DNA of 64,000 bases, taken from NCBI RefSeq assembly GCF_018977255.1, contig NW_024704742.1, forward strand, positions 78,060,001 through 78,124,000, given 5' to 3'. The notes under the pieces were generated by a model that saw nothing but the letters and a program-made list of their open reading frames with translations, was not told where the DNA came from and searched no databases. The translations under genes were made by a program, and so were the position numbers. Of the stretch, positions 38,701-53,700 are shown piece by piece; within the stretch, counting starts at the first letter, position 1, and every line of letters starts with the position of its first letter. This stretch comes from Callorhinchus milii. Lineage: Eukaryota.

Positions 38701-41700
38701 GTGAAGGAAAGTGCAGAGAAGTAAGAACCTAACTAATATTACTAACAATAATAACCTTTCCATTTGATATAGCACCTTATCAAGTCATTGAAAGCATTGA
38801 AAGAATATGCTTTAAAGTGAATTTACTGTAGCGTATTGGTTAGAGCACTCGCCTCGCAAGCGAGAGGACCCGGGTTGGGATCCCGGGCAGGGCAGAACTT
38901 TAGGCAAGTTTCCTTTCTCCACACGCCTCTGTTTATCTAGCAGTAAATAGGAACCCGGTTGTTAGTCGATTGGCAGATTGCTAACCGTGAATAATAATGT
39001 CTCTAAAAAATAATAATGTGGTCACTCAATCCATGACTGTTTATGGAACACTGCTGCGCACTTTTTGTTGCCTTTTTTCACCCACAAAATATACAGTCAA
39101 TTTATAAGGCGTGTGGAGTAAGGAAACTTGCCCAAGGTTTCACTCTGCCAGGAATCGAACCCATGTCTCTCACTTGCAAAGCAAGTGCTCTAACCACTGA
39201 GCTACAGGACTCCGATGAATCATGCAGCAAGTGCTGTCAGTAATAGGTTTACATGGAAGCTGAATGTACTGGTGTGTGTGGGTCCATAGTACAAGAGAAG
39301 CAGTGCACTGTGGGACCCTGCAACAATGGGGTTCACCTGTATTTTAATCTCCTGTAATCTTTTCTGTTAAATTCATCCTATACTATAGAAACGTTAAACC
39401 ATTTGCACAGTTACGACAACTATCCTAGTTTGGGCTTGACAACTGTATCTTCATTACCAGCAATAAGACTTGTTATACTGGCTAGGTCTTCGATGGCCAA
39501 TGGTAGACTCTCAAAGTTTATAAATTCTTGACAAACATAATTATTAATAATATTATTGAAAAAAATCCAACATTGGAAATACATTTAAAGAAATCAAAGA
39601 CAAAAAATATTTGGGATCTGAAATTTGGAAAACAAGAATTTTCAAAAAAAGTAAATAGGGTAGAATTGTATAAAAGTTAATAATATAATCCTTCCACTTG
39701 ATACAGCGCTTTTCACGTCTTCTCGATATCTCAAAGGCTTCACAGAATAGACTGTAAAGTGAATTGACTGTATATTTGTGGGCGAAACCCGGCAGCCAAT
39801 TGTGCACAGCAATGTCCCACAAACAGTCGTGGATTGAAAATGACCAATTTATTATTGTTTTTGTTTTGGAGGGGTTATTGTTAGGGGGTGTGGAGTAAGG
39901 AAACATGCCCAAGGTTTTGCCCTGTCTGGAACTGAACCCAGGTGTCTCGCTTGCAAGTGCTCTAACCACTGAGCTACAGGACTCCACTGAGCTAAAAGTT
40001 ATAATATTAACTGTCAATTGATTTGTAATAAATTACATTTGTTATGTAATATTCAGACAAGCAAGTATATTTTCAGAAGAAAGTTATAACAAACCATGGC
40101 TCTAATGTTTTTAGATTTTAATTTTAGAGATGTTTAAACATTATTCAGCATTTGGGAAACAGGAAATTTTATTCTTGTATTCCTTACATGGAGAATAGAG
40201 TGGAGCTAGGAATGCTGTAATTTTGGCCCCGTGTCTTATTCTTTCAGATGTGAGTTGAACTGCTTTATATTTCCAGAATTTTATGGGTTTTATGTTTCAG
40301 TTTCATTATTTGCAGTTTATCTTTTTTACAGTTTGTGTTTTTTTTGGTTTGGGGGAGTTATTTCATATATTTAATTTATGTGCATTCACGTTTGACCTTG
40401 GCTAATCAGTTCTACCTATCTTTATACAGGATTATTAGAAGCTTTCCAGAATAACAATGAATTACTTGACCAGATACAGAAATGTCTAGAGGCCTATCTT
40501 GAATCCAAGCGAGTTATCTTCCCCAGGTTTGTGTTCTTAATATACTACCATATAATAACTACTTTTGCAAGAATTGAAGTAGGGGCTTTTTTTTATAGAA
40601 AATACTTGATTTTATTTAAAATTTCCCACTTCACTTTATTTAATTGAGCGGTAGATAGCAGTAGTGTTGTATGACTTTATTTCCCCTTTTATTAGACCCT
40701 TCATATTGGTGATTATGAATTTAAGACCCTTAAAAACATTGCAGGTTAAACATGTTTATGGAACTCTGTTGATGAACGTTGCTCTCTGATATTTGAATTG
40801 TCTTTTCTCTTTCCACTCCAACAGTAGCTCTTTTGCACTTTCTATGTCGAATTCTGGAAAAGGTCATCTGTAACCTGTGCCCAATTTCGTCCCTAGATTC
40901 TACTTCTTGTCTAATGATGAGCTGCTGGAGATTCTGGCCCAGACACGCAACCCACAAGCTGTACAACCACATCTGCGCAAGTGCTTTGATGCAATTTCCA
41001 AGCTGGAGTTTGCACTTGCTTCTCAAGTGGAGGAAAAGGGCGAGACAGAACCTGAGAAGTTATACACCAATGATATTTTGGCCATGATATCTCCTGAAGG
41101 AGAAAAGGTAATGGTAATAGATAATGTTGCAGCAGATATTTGTTTTAGACTTCAGTAAGGTACCAAAATAAATTTTACAAGTAAAAATTATTTTACTGTT
41201 CATTACATATGTTCCATTTAAAACCAGCAGAAATACTCCTGAGCAACTTTGTCTACTTTTTATTTATTTTTAAGTTTAAGATTTCCTCTTTCTTTTCAAG
41301 TTGCTTTCTCCAGTTGAGAACACCCGAGGAAGAGGGCAATCTGTTCCTTGGGCCCCACAATGGCTGCTGTAATGGCTACTAGGAGGTGTGCAAGAGTAAT
41401 GTGGGTTCTCTTTACCTTTGATTGGCCCTAGTTTCTGCAGGAAGGTGCTTAGGCACTACTCAATATTAATTTACAACCGTGAGTGGGTTTGGTAAGTGGA
41501 AGACTGAGGCTATGAACTTGGATTCTACTGTTCCTTGGTGATTCATTATGCCATGGTAACAATCTCCAAAATGTTTCCATCTATTTCTACTGACTTGATT
41601 CAACCAGAGGTCCATTTAATCAAATAACTGCGATTATAGCTCTGGACCAATGAATTTTATGCTTTTTCGTCGGATAGTGGCCATAAAACAAGTTAAAATA

Positions 41701-44700
41701 AATTAAAGTGATCAGTATTCGAAAATGTAACTCCTTTGATAAATTAAAGCAAAGATATTGTTGATTCAGTTCTGAAAATGCCACAACATCAATCTCCAGA
41801 CATGGGTCAGGGGGCAGGAGATTTAGTTCCTAACTTGTCATGAAGGCTAGGAAGCAAGTTGACAGTATTTTCTGTCCTTGTGATATCATAACATATATTT
41901 TTCTCCATGAATATTTTTTGAGCATAGCAGATGTAAGTGAGCTGGCTGATCTGTTATTTGAATTTTTTTTATATACCCCTTATCACAGTTTAACTTTTGC
42001 GTTTTAAAATGGAATATACAATAAGTAGTACATGCACTCCATCTAGTGATTGCAATTGCACGGTGCATTCACTGTCTGAAGGTATATCATCACACACAAA
42101 AATTCAGTAATAATAATAATCCTTGCATTTGATTTAGCACTTTTCACGTCTTCTAGACATCTCAAAGCGCTTCACAGTAAATTCACTGTATATTTGTATA
42201 CAGTGACCTGAGTTCAATTCCAGGCAGGGCGAAACCTTGAGCAAGTTTTTTGCTCCACACGCCTAATAATAATCCCTCCAAAAAAAAAAAAATTGGTCAT
42301 TTTCAATCTACGACTGTTTGTGGGACACTGCTGTGCGCAATTGGCTGCTGCGTTCGCCCACAAATATACAGTCAATTCACTTTACAGTATATTCTGTGAA
42401 GCGCTTTGAGACGTCTCGAAGACATGAAAAGCGCTATATTAAATGCAAGGATTATTATATTTGTGGGTGAAATGTGGCAGCCAGTTGTGCACAAACAGTT
42501 GTGGATTGAAATGACCAATTTATTATTGTTCTTTTTTTCTTGAGGGATTATTATTAGGGGTGTGGAGTAAGGAAACTTGCCCAAGGTTTCACCCTGCCGG
42601 GAATTGACCCCATGTCTCTCACTTGCAAAGCGAGTGCTCTAACCACTGAACTACAGGACTCCACGTAGTGTAAATCTACGTGCTTGTGGTGTGCATTTTA
42701 TCAATTCTCCATTTGTCAATGCGTAAATATTTCACACAACTCTGACTTAATTTGCTTTTTAGAAATACAATTTTCAAACATATAATTTTATTATCAAACG
42801 TGCTATAATTAGATTTTAGAATTTAACAAAAACACACAGCTACTTCAGGCGACAAAATACCATTCACCTTTCACGATTAAAGAATCAGCATGTTTGCCAA
42901 TGCCTTGAGTGTTACACCTTTTCCACTTGTTATTTGATTTCTCCTTACAAATGCATTGTGCAGAAACACATTTGTGACCTGAATACTGTTAAATGGGTAA
43001 AATCGAAAAGTTGCATGAAAAAGTGATTCATTGCACTTTTAAAATTTGCTGAATATCATAATCGAAAGACTTTTGTACCTTTGATGTATCTTAGATTTGA
43101 ATTGAAGAGAGAAATGAAAGAGACAATTGAACATTTCCAATTTGAGTTTGTCATTTTAGCCTGATAAAAAGCTGCTCAAAGATTAAAAAAAAATTTCCTG
43201 CCTTGATCACCATGCTTATATCCCAATGTTCCTCACAATAAGGAATGATTATTTATTGATCATTTCAACCTGTCTACTGTGTGGGACAGGTGACAGATTC
43301 TGCCATAAAGTAATAATGGGAAAACCCATCTTAAGTATGAAATGAAAATTTGCTAACCATAAAAAGCAATTTGTAGTCCATTGTGTAATTTGCTTGAATT
43401 TTTATTTTGTTCTCTGGATCCAAAACTAAATCTATTCCACCATGTGGGTTTTAATATTAAGATAAAGTTTATGGTCTTTGGTGATGAGATGATTGAGAGG
43501 GCACTTGATAAAGGTATTTAAAAATATGAAATATTTCTGATAAGGTGGACTTTAATAGGCCTTTTCCACTCGTTGTTGAATCCAAAACAAAGGGCCTAAA
43601 TTAAGAAATAATAATCCTTGCATTTGATATAGCACTTTTCATGTCTTCTGGACATCTCAAAGCACTTCACAAAATATACTATAAAGTGAATTGATGTATG
43701 TTTGTGGGCAAAATGCAGTAGCCAATTGCGTACAGCAGTATCCTACAAAACAGTCGTGGATTGAAATTATTATTGTTTTGTTTTCTTGAGGGATTAATAT
43801 CCCTGGGAAAGCATTCCACCAATTGACTAACAACCGGGTTCCTACTTACTACTAGGTAAACAGAGTGGTGTAGAGTAAAGAAACTTGCTCAACATTTCAC
43901 CCTGCCGGGAATAGAACCCAGATCTCTCGCTTGTGAGGCGAGTGCTCTAACCAGTCACCTACAGGACTCCACAGTGGGAAGGTAGTGTGAGAGATTAGAG
44001 GGATTGAGGGTGGGTTTTTTGAGATAGCTAGTAGCAGATCTAAAAAAAGTGGTGAGAAAATGAAACTCACTGCCAGATGCTGTAGTTCAAGCTGAAGCTT
44101 CAATGTTTTAAGAGTAAATTTGATTCATATATGAGGGAGAAGGGAATAGTTCGATATGAGAGAGGGCTGGAGGCTCATGTGGACTAACACAGACTATTTG
44201 GGCCAAATGGACTATTTCTGCTGTTTCCATACTATAATGTTCTATATAATTCAGTGGTATATATTTACATGAAAGCTTTGTATAAAAGCTTTTTAATAAT
44301 AAAATATAGTTGGTCCCATGATCCACCATGTATGGGTTTTTAATACTGATAGATGTGCTGTTAATTAAACTTGTGGCATAGTTAAAGAATCTGTACTATT
44401 AAAAAAATGTATTGCAGGTCAGTTTAGGAAAGGGGCTTAAAGCAAGAGGAAATGTCGAAGATTGGCTTGGTAAAGTGGAAGAAGCTATGTTCTCATCTCT
44501 CCGCCGTATGTGCAAAGCTGCCATTGCTGATCATCAAACCAAAGCCAGAGCAGAATGGGTGAAATCTGGGTTTCCTTCTCAGGTAAGAGACTCATCCTCC
44601 TTTTGGGAGAGGTAAGTGGGGAACTCTTTAGAATCGAGCTGCCTCCAAGTTGACATGATTGGCAACAAATGTTCAGAATTGAGTCAAGCCTCTGTGGGGG

Positions 44701-47700
44701 TCTCAATAGTTTGGTTCCTAAGACAGGTGGGTCCACATTTTTTCAGGGCACTACTGATAATAGTTTAGTCATTTTAGATCATTGGCAGGACTTGGAGGCG
44801 TAGACCAATCACTGGGCATAGTCAGCTCCTGTTAACTGCAAGCTAAAGCCCTAGCGAATAGGGTGGACTTTGCTCAACAAGAAGTGGGAAAGCTTGCCAG
44901 ACAGTACTCTCAATGGCAAGTTTTAGTTGGTTATACTTCAGCAGTACTCTATTGCACATTCAGAGATCCTTAAGCCTTGACACTTGCCAACCTGTGCCTA
45001 ATACTCTCCAGAATTAGGGAAGCAGCGTATGTCCCTCCATAGAGAAAATGCTCATTCCGTTGCAGACACGGAAATTGCTGTGTGTTGATGGCATGCTTGC
45101 GTCTTGGTGATGGATTTCTGTACTATCAGATACCCAACTGGAAAAAGTACAATACATCCTTGTAGCTGGTATGTTTTGTGAAATGTCCATTTACACAGTA
45201 TCATGGAATGTTTACAAGAAAGTGGAAAGCCATTTGGGCCATTATATCTGAGCTGGTGCTAGTTCTTCTACTGGCGCTCTCTACCCATTCCAATGCTCTT
45301 CATCCGTAATTATTTTTCTTCAAGTGGTTATCCAATTCCCTTTCAAATGTAATTACTCAGCTTTAGCATTTCACGTTCTAAGAATCCCCTGTGTGTGTTT
45401 AAAAAAAATCTTCAGTTATCCTCAATTTGTGCCCTCTTGTTACTCTTGTCGTTCAGTGGAAATAGTTTATCTATTCATCCTATCAAAACCATCCATATTT
45501 TTAAAAACTTTGAATGGATCCCTCTTAACAACTCTCTGATCCATTGTAAACATTTTCAAGTTTCTAAGTGCCACGAATAACTATAACATTGTCTTGGTGA
45601 ATCTTCCACGTTACCTCCATGTGATGCAGTTTTATCCCTTGGGTTTGAACCCAATCATATACTGATTTTTTTGTATTTGATCAGCCGGTTATCCGACACA
45701 TGAGGAAATCTATTACCATGCTTAAGAATATCCAAACCAGAATGAGAGTTCCATGTGTGTGTGTGTGTGTATATATAATATATATGCTACACATGGAAAT
45801 GTTGCCATCTCTGGAATGCAATGTAGACTTTCTCCTTGGAGGCATGCACATTGCTTACCTAATTCCAGAGAGTATTAGTTGATCTTTGCAAACTTGAGGC
45901 AAACCATTTTCTGTTTCAGGGATGGTAGGTACAGTGTTTTAAATATATTACTTATGTATTTTTTTATATAAACCGAAAAGCGTATTCTACCAAAAGTGTT
46001 ATTTTTAGAGTTGGTCATTTTCATTTACCTTTTTTCTGTGAATGTAGGTTATTTTGACCATTTCTCAACTGATGTGGTGTCGTGACTTACATGAACGTTT
46101 GGAGGGCGACCATAATCATATTGAAGCTATGGCTCAATTTGAGATAGCTAATTTTGAGGTAAGTAACTCATAAGCGAATTTGTGATTGGTTTTACACCAC
46201 AGCATTAGGATAGAATTTGTTGGCATTTGTCAAAATTGTATGTGTCAAGAAATCAAGGAAGTTAATTGTGTAGGCCCTGGTCACACACTGTCTGGAAATT
46301 ATTAATTTTTGACTTGAAAGATCATATATTTGGGATTAGCCCCAGAAAATAATATTAAAATATATAGTTGCAAGCTGTTTTAGTAGCTAATATGTACAAA
46401 ACCTGCATTGCTTCAATGAAACCAAGATGCCAATGATCATATCTTAGAGTGTCCACTTATATAAGGCTGCCATCTAGTGGTGATTATCATCATTATCACC
46501 TGCATTTTAATGAACACTTGGAACGCTGAAAAAATCTCAACAATTCTGTACCAGGTACTCAGTGAAAATTGCTTTCTGTTAGAAAAACTGAGTAACACTG
46601 TGTTTTCTCTTTTTAGAGACTGAATGAGCTCGCTGCTTTGGTTCGAGGCCAGCTACACTTTTTACACCGAAGTATCATAACTGCACTTATAACCATTGAT
46701 GTTCATGCAAGAGACATTGTTACTGATCTTGTTAAAGAAAAGGTATTTATCACCATCAAATAGGATAACTGTAATGAGTTTAAGTTAATTATTTAAAGCC
46801 CATTTATACTAGAGATACAATTATACTGTTCTTGCACAGTGTCAATTAAGAACAGCATATAATCACAGAATGTTTGCATAACTCATAGATATTTTGGAAG
46901 GAAGCATGTATGTTGGATCATTAATTTGCGCTTGGAGCACAATGTTGTGAAACTCAACGATGCATACATTTCGTGTAATTTTGTGTCATTGAAAGAGGCT
47001 ATAAGACAAAATCTTGCATAATGTCCCATACATACTCTTTTGTGATGAGCCTCATAAGGGTTTGAGATTCCTTAGCCAAAGCCAATAAAAAGAGACTCTG
47101 TTGCTGTTGCACTCTTGGCAAATGTGACAGAATTCTAACCCCCTTTGAGGCTAGCCTCCACTGCTATTTTGCTTTAACGTTCTGTCTTTTTCTCTATGAC
47201 TATCTCCACCTATGTTTATGAAGCTGCAGCAAGAGATAAAAGTGCATGGCTTCAGCCACTTTTGGCCAATGTTTCCTTGGCCATGGTTGAATTTGTCACC
47301 ATCCTTGAGATAACTGACAGCTGATACTAACTTTGTATTCCTTATTTCATGGCAGCAGTTATCGTAATGGTCCCCAATGCAAGACAGTGTATGAAGTTCA
47401 TTACAGTTGAACTTTCTTCAACAGTGGTTTCCTAATAGATCTCCAATAGAACAACTGGTTTGGGTGGACTGAATTTCTACTGAGGATTTTCTACTATGGT
47501 CCAAGGAACACTATGCGCTGAGAGGCAACAGGCCTCACCCACATAGATATTGATTGCGGCTGCACATCCTGGCACAGGCTAAACTGTTGGATAGCCAACA
47601 CGATGAGAACTGTAATGAAGGCCGGTGGAATTCATAGGACAGAACGAGTCTTGCTGAACAAATTGTGGCACAGTCAACAATTAAATGTGTATCCAATTGT

Positions 47701-50700
47701 AATCAATTAAAATCACACCTGGTTCAGCTTGATACTAACTTAATTCAACAAAAAAAATCAGACTTAAACCAGTGCTAACATTGGTCTTAAAATCCAATGG
47801 ATAGTAATAGAACCTCTTCCAGCAAAAAGTGTAGTCTGCTACACTACCTTTACTGCTAGCTTAGTTGAGATCAGCGAACTCAACAGTCTGGGAGTTACAT
47901 TTTTAAAAAAAAATGCTATTTGTGTAATTATAAAAACGATATGTTAGTGTTGATTAATGCATTCTCAAGATTGAGTTTTAATTTGGCATACCATTTTTTA
48001 ATAATCTGTTACTCCAAATGGAATGCCAAAAAGCTAACCAGGTGAGAAGGAAATCTAAAAGTTGCTCAAAATACTATTTTTTTTCTGTTGGAATTACTCA
48101 ATATTTCTCAATGTTAAGGTGGATGCAGTGACTAATTTTGAGTGGCAGAGACAGCTGCGCTATTACTGGAATCTTGATGTGGATAATTGTATAGCTATGA
48201 TGGCCCTATCCAATTACACCTACGGTTATGAATACCTAGGAGCATCTCCTCGGCTGGTCATTACACCACTTACTGTAAGTTTATTCCATTTGGTCCATTT
48301 AGTTTAAAAATATTCAAAGTTTAAATGCAAAGAATAAAATGCATTATAGAGTTTTACATTCTGGCTGTCTGTAACTAGGAACAGTGTTAATTGTGGTTTT
48401 GTAATGTTTAAAAATGATCGAACAACAGGATGTAGAAATTCTGCACTGGAATTGATTTACTCTTAGCATTTGCAAATTCTTTCACAACTTTGAAACCATT
48501 TTCTATAGTTCTTAAAATAGACTTTCAGAAAAAGTGACTTCACAATTAAAACTGTATTTAATAATTTACCAAATACTGGATGCTATGAAATGCCAAGAAA
48601 ATAGAGTAAATCTAGATCCAGGTGGAGTTTTTCCTCCAAGAATTTTGAACGTTCCCTTTCTACCTCTCACTCTCCTTCTACCTCTCTTCTAACAGAATAA
48701 TACATTTGAAGCTTGAGGCTATATAATAGTTCCATCATTTAACTTTAACCTTCCTACAGAGGTCACACTTATCGTGGATATCTTTCTGTCACTATGCACT
48801 TTTTTAAAAATTATGTGAAACTCTATTTTCGGTATTCCCAGCAAAAAAAGACATTGATTGCATTTGATATAATGCCTTATCACGCCTTTGAGTTGTTTCA
48901 AAGCGCTTCACAGAATATACTGTAAAGTATGGTGACTTATATTTTGTAGGCGATACTCGGCAGCCAGTTGTGCACAGCAGTGTCCCACAAACAGTCGTGG
49001 ATTGAGTGACCCAAATTATTATTATTATATTTTACTGAAGGGATTATTACTCTCAGAAAAGTGATCTGCCAATTGACTAACAACCGGATTCCTACTTATT
49101 GCTAGGTAAACTTATGGTTGCTTTCAGAGTTTATTTATTTAATGGCAAAATGGACTCGCTTACCATATTGAGCAAATTTTCCATCCTTCTCATTCTGATG
49201 GCTGAGAAAATAAGCCAACATTAATTCACTTATTTAAATTGATTGCTTATCCTACTATTATGAGAATGAGGTAAATTACTGTTATGCAAAATTTGGGAAA
49301 AGGAGTTGTCTTCCAATTCCGTTGTGGAAACCCCTCTAGGAAGAAAGTTCAGACTTTTTTTTAACAAAGAAGCCATTGTTTATATATGCATTGTTTGTGC
49401 AGTTTGTGTGTTCAATACTGTAGCTAATTTAAGATGTCTTGGTTGCCCTAGGACCGATGTTACCTTTGCCTCATGGGAGCGCTGCAGCTTGACCTTGGAG
49501 GAGCACCAGCTGGTCCTGCAGGTACTGGTAAGACAGAAACGACAAAAGACCTTGCCAAGTCCCTCGCTATCCAGTGTGTGGTCTTTAATTGTTCTGATGG
49601 CTTAGATTATAAGGTGAGTAAATGTAAGAAAATATTCTGTTGATAGTAGGGACAGTAATTGGGAGCACAAAATGTATTGTAAATGCAGTTCTTTAACAAT
49701 GGTCATTTGGATCAACAATAACAACAAAATTACTTGTGTATAGCGCCTATAGCGTATTCCCCCCTTGCTCGGGTCCCGACCCAACTGTACAGTGCCTTGG
49801 GACGTCCTCCCGACGTGAAAGGCGCTCTATAAATGGAATTTTGTTGTTGTAAATAGGACTATCTTAATTGATTTAAAACTGCTTAATGTTTCTGTAGATA
49901 TACAAATTAATGAAAGGTTACAGAAATTAATGTAAATCTGACAGTCATGATTTGAAATGCCGTATTAACCAGGCATTACATCTTGTTTGGAATTCAAATA
50001 ATATATACAAACATTTAATGAAACTATTAAAATACAAATTAATGCATAGAACAAATCTAAATTACTTTATTTAACATGGAGTATCCGAGTAATTTAATGA
50101 TACATCACTATACAAAATTATATACAAGGACAATATATTTAGATATAAGCAAGCGAAAAGCTTTCCATAATTTTTTTTAGATAAAGACATTGTTTTGTCC
50201 CGGTCTCTGCGTTCGCGTTTTGGCTGCTACCCCGAGCCGATCCCGCTGAAAATGGTCCTGCTCCTACCCCCTCAACTCCGCTACTCCCATTCTGTCCTTC
50301 TTTCACACCGCCCTCCTTGCCTTCTCTCTCTCCTGGACCCCATCATTACCTCCCTCTCCTCCATCCTCTGCCAGGCCCATCGTGGCTCCTGACGTTGGTT
50401 GTCCCAGAGCAGCCACCCCAACTGTCCCATCGCACACTTTCTGCACCAACCGCCTCCGAAAGGCAAACACCCCTCCCTCATCCATACCTTCTCCAACTCT
50501 CACCCCTCCTCAAACTCCACAGTCCTTTCTCCCCCACAACTCCAAATCCTCCCTATACTACTCCCTCCTTCATCTCTGTCCCCCACCAGCAAACCTATCC
50601 GCATTTCCCTCCAAAATGTCCGCTCTCTCTCCAATAAAGCCCTTACTGTCCCCGACCTCATCCTGGATGAGCACATTGATATTCTTGGGCTTACAGAAAC

Positions 50701-53700
50701 CTGGCTCTCCCCCAGTGACCCCATCCCCCTTGTTGAAGCCTCCCCTCCTGGCTACACTTTTCACCCCCCCCCCACCCATGGCAGCGGGGTGGCCCTCATT
50801 TTCCAAGCTTCCCTTGATCTATCCCCCTATTCCTCTGGCTATTTCTCTTCTTTTGAGCACCTTACCCTCTATCATCCCTCCTCTCTCTCCCTCAAAATCC
50901 TCCTAGTTTACTCCCCTCCCAAATCTCCTGACTCCTTCTTCACTGATATCTCCTCTCTCCTCTCATCCCTGTCCCTCTGACCTAAACACCTGCTGATAAT
51001 AAGTGATTTCAACCTCCACTTTAACTCCTCTTTTCCCATCTCTTCGGATTTCACTGCCCTCATCTCTAAATCTCACCCTTCACATCAACTTGCCAAGGCC
51101 ACTACCTCAACCTCATCATCACACACGGCCTCTACATTTCCGACCTGTCTTATCAGGAACAAGGCATCTCGGACCACTTTCTTGTCTCCCTCTCCTCCCG
51201 CATCCCCCTCCCTCTTCCAAGTCTCCCACTATCTTTTTCCACTCCTGGAAAAAACTTCCACCTGAGTCCCTTTTCCTTGGACCTCCATGTTCCTGAAGTA
51301 GCCTTCAAGCTGCTGAATGACCGTCTCTCCACAACCTTTAATTCCCTGGCTTCTCTGAAATCTGGGTCTGTTTCCAAATCAACCAGCTGCCCCTGGTACA
51401 ACAGTCATCTCCGCTCACTCAAAACACAAACTCGGACGCTTGAGTGCAGATGGCAGAAGTCCAGTCTCAAGATTCACTGCCAGCTGTGGCTTGAGCACCT
51501 CTGCACCTACTGCCTTTCACTTTCACAGGCCAAAACTGACTTTTGGTCACCTTCCTCCCCCTTCCCCTTGATTCGGCCCCGGGATCCGTTACTGTGAAGC
51601 GCTCTGAGAAGCCGTCCGGCGTGGAGGTACTATATAAATCCAAGTTGTTGTTGTTGTTTTACTCCAAAGTGATCCTGGAGGCAAACAGCAATCCAACGAC
51701 ACTTCTCCACCGTCCATCACCTCCTCCGTGCACCCTCTCAAGCCCACTCTATCCTCACATCAAACGCCAAGTGCGTCCTAGACTTCTTTGCTTCAAAGAT
51801 TGAAAACATCCACTCTCCCCCACGTCCCCTTCTACCCCACCCAGACCATTCACGCTACCTTCTCCCTCCCCCCTCCTTACAACACCTCCTCCTCCACTCC
51901 CTCCTCGAGCCCCTGCAGTCTAGTTTTCACGCTGCCCACAGCACAGAGACACCACTTGTCAAAGTCACAAACAATGTCCTCTCTGTCTGTGACCAAGACT
52001 CCCTCTGCGTCCTCGTCCTCCAGGAATTCTCTGCTGCGTTCGACAGTCGACCATGCAATCCTCCTCCACCGTCTCTTCTCCCGCATCTACTTTAGTGGGA
52101 CCGCACTCTCATGGTTTGAGACCTACTCAACCAACCGCCTCCATTTCATCTTGGCAAATGGTTCCTCCACGCGCCCCCGCCCGGCAACTTGCGGGATACC
52201 CCAGGGCTCCATCCTTCGCTCTCTTTTCCTCATCTACATGCTCCCTCTTGGCGATGTCATCCGCAGACACGGGGTAAACTTGAACCTACTTTGGCTTCTC
52301 CAGTTGCAACTCTAGGTCCACCGATGTTCAACTTGTCTGGCAGACAACAGCACCTGGATGAGTGCAAACCTCCTGCGGCTGAATGTGGATAAAACAGAAG
52401 CCATACTTCTTGGCTCCCGTCAACATCTTCACTGCTGCAGAGCTGAACTCCTAAACCTCCCCAGCCTCTCCCTCAGACTTACCGAATCAGTGTGTAATGT
52501 TGGCATCCAGTTCGACCCCCAGCTGTCCTTCCTTCCACACATCCGGTCCCTGACCAACAGCGCCTTCCTCCATCTCTGCTACATTGCCCGCCTCTGACCT
52601 TACCTTACCCCAAATGCAGCTGAAACCCTCGTGCATGCGTTTGTCACCTTCTGCATGGATTATTAAACCCACTCCTCTCCAGTTTCCCCAGCTCCACTAT
52701 TCAAAGAATCCAGCTCATTCAGAACTCTGCCGACCTCATACTGACCGGGACTAAACTCTGTACCCCCGTCTCACCAGTTCTGGCCAGGCTCCACTGGCTT
52801 CCCATCACCAAATGGATCCTCACATTCGTGTTCAAATCCATTCACTCCCTGGCACTTCTCTACCTCTCTGACCTCACACCTCAGTGCACAACCCGGCGCC
52901 TCTGCTCGACTGACACCGGCCTCCTGTTTGTCCCTTGTACCCTCTGCTCCACCATTGGAGGTTACGCATTCAGCTACTACACCCCAAAACTGGAAAACTC
53001 TCCCTCAATCCCTCCACCTTGCTCCCTCCCTACCCTTTTTCAAGTCCTGCCTGAAAACCTCCCTCCTCCCCCCCCGGCTCAGAGTCACTGTTAAGCATTC
53101 TGAGACGCTATCCTGTATGGAGGGTGCTATATAGGTGCAAGTTGTTGTTGTTATGTAGTATTTTCTGTATTCTTAATGTACAAAGTTTATAACATACTTT
53201 TTTTTTCTTCTTAGATGATGGGCCGTTTCTTCAGTGGTTTGGCTCAGTCTGGAGCCTGGTGCTGTTTTGATGAGTTCAACAGAATTGATATTGAAGTGCT
53301 TTCTGTTATTGCACAACAGCTCATCACCATTAGAAATGCTAAAGCTGCCAAGGTAACACCTGTGTTTACTTATGACTCACATCTCATGCTGTATACTGGA
53401 GATCATATGTGTCTCCATGTCAATTTTAGTCCAAGTGGCCGTAAAACCACCAGTTTACAGATGAAAGCAGAGCTAGGTGTATTATTGTGTTCTGGAGTAA
53501 TAATCCCTGCAATACAATAAGTAATAATTTGGTCACTCAATCCACGATTGTTTACGGGACACTGCTGTGTGCATTTCGCCCACAAAATCCACTTTATTAC
53601 AATATATTCTGGAAGCGCTTTGAGACGTCACAGCGATATGATAAGACGCTATATCAAATGCTAAGATTATTATTAGTTACAGGATTTTTTTTCTGGCATT

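Noticed and set aside
50399..50980. Standalone endonuclease gene (193 aa)
   Set aside because: It is the APE domain of a decayed L2, followed by stops, frameshifts and RT remnants
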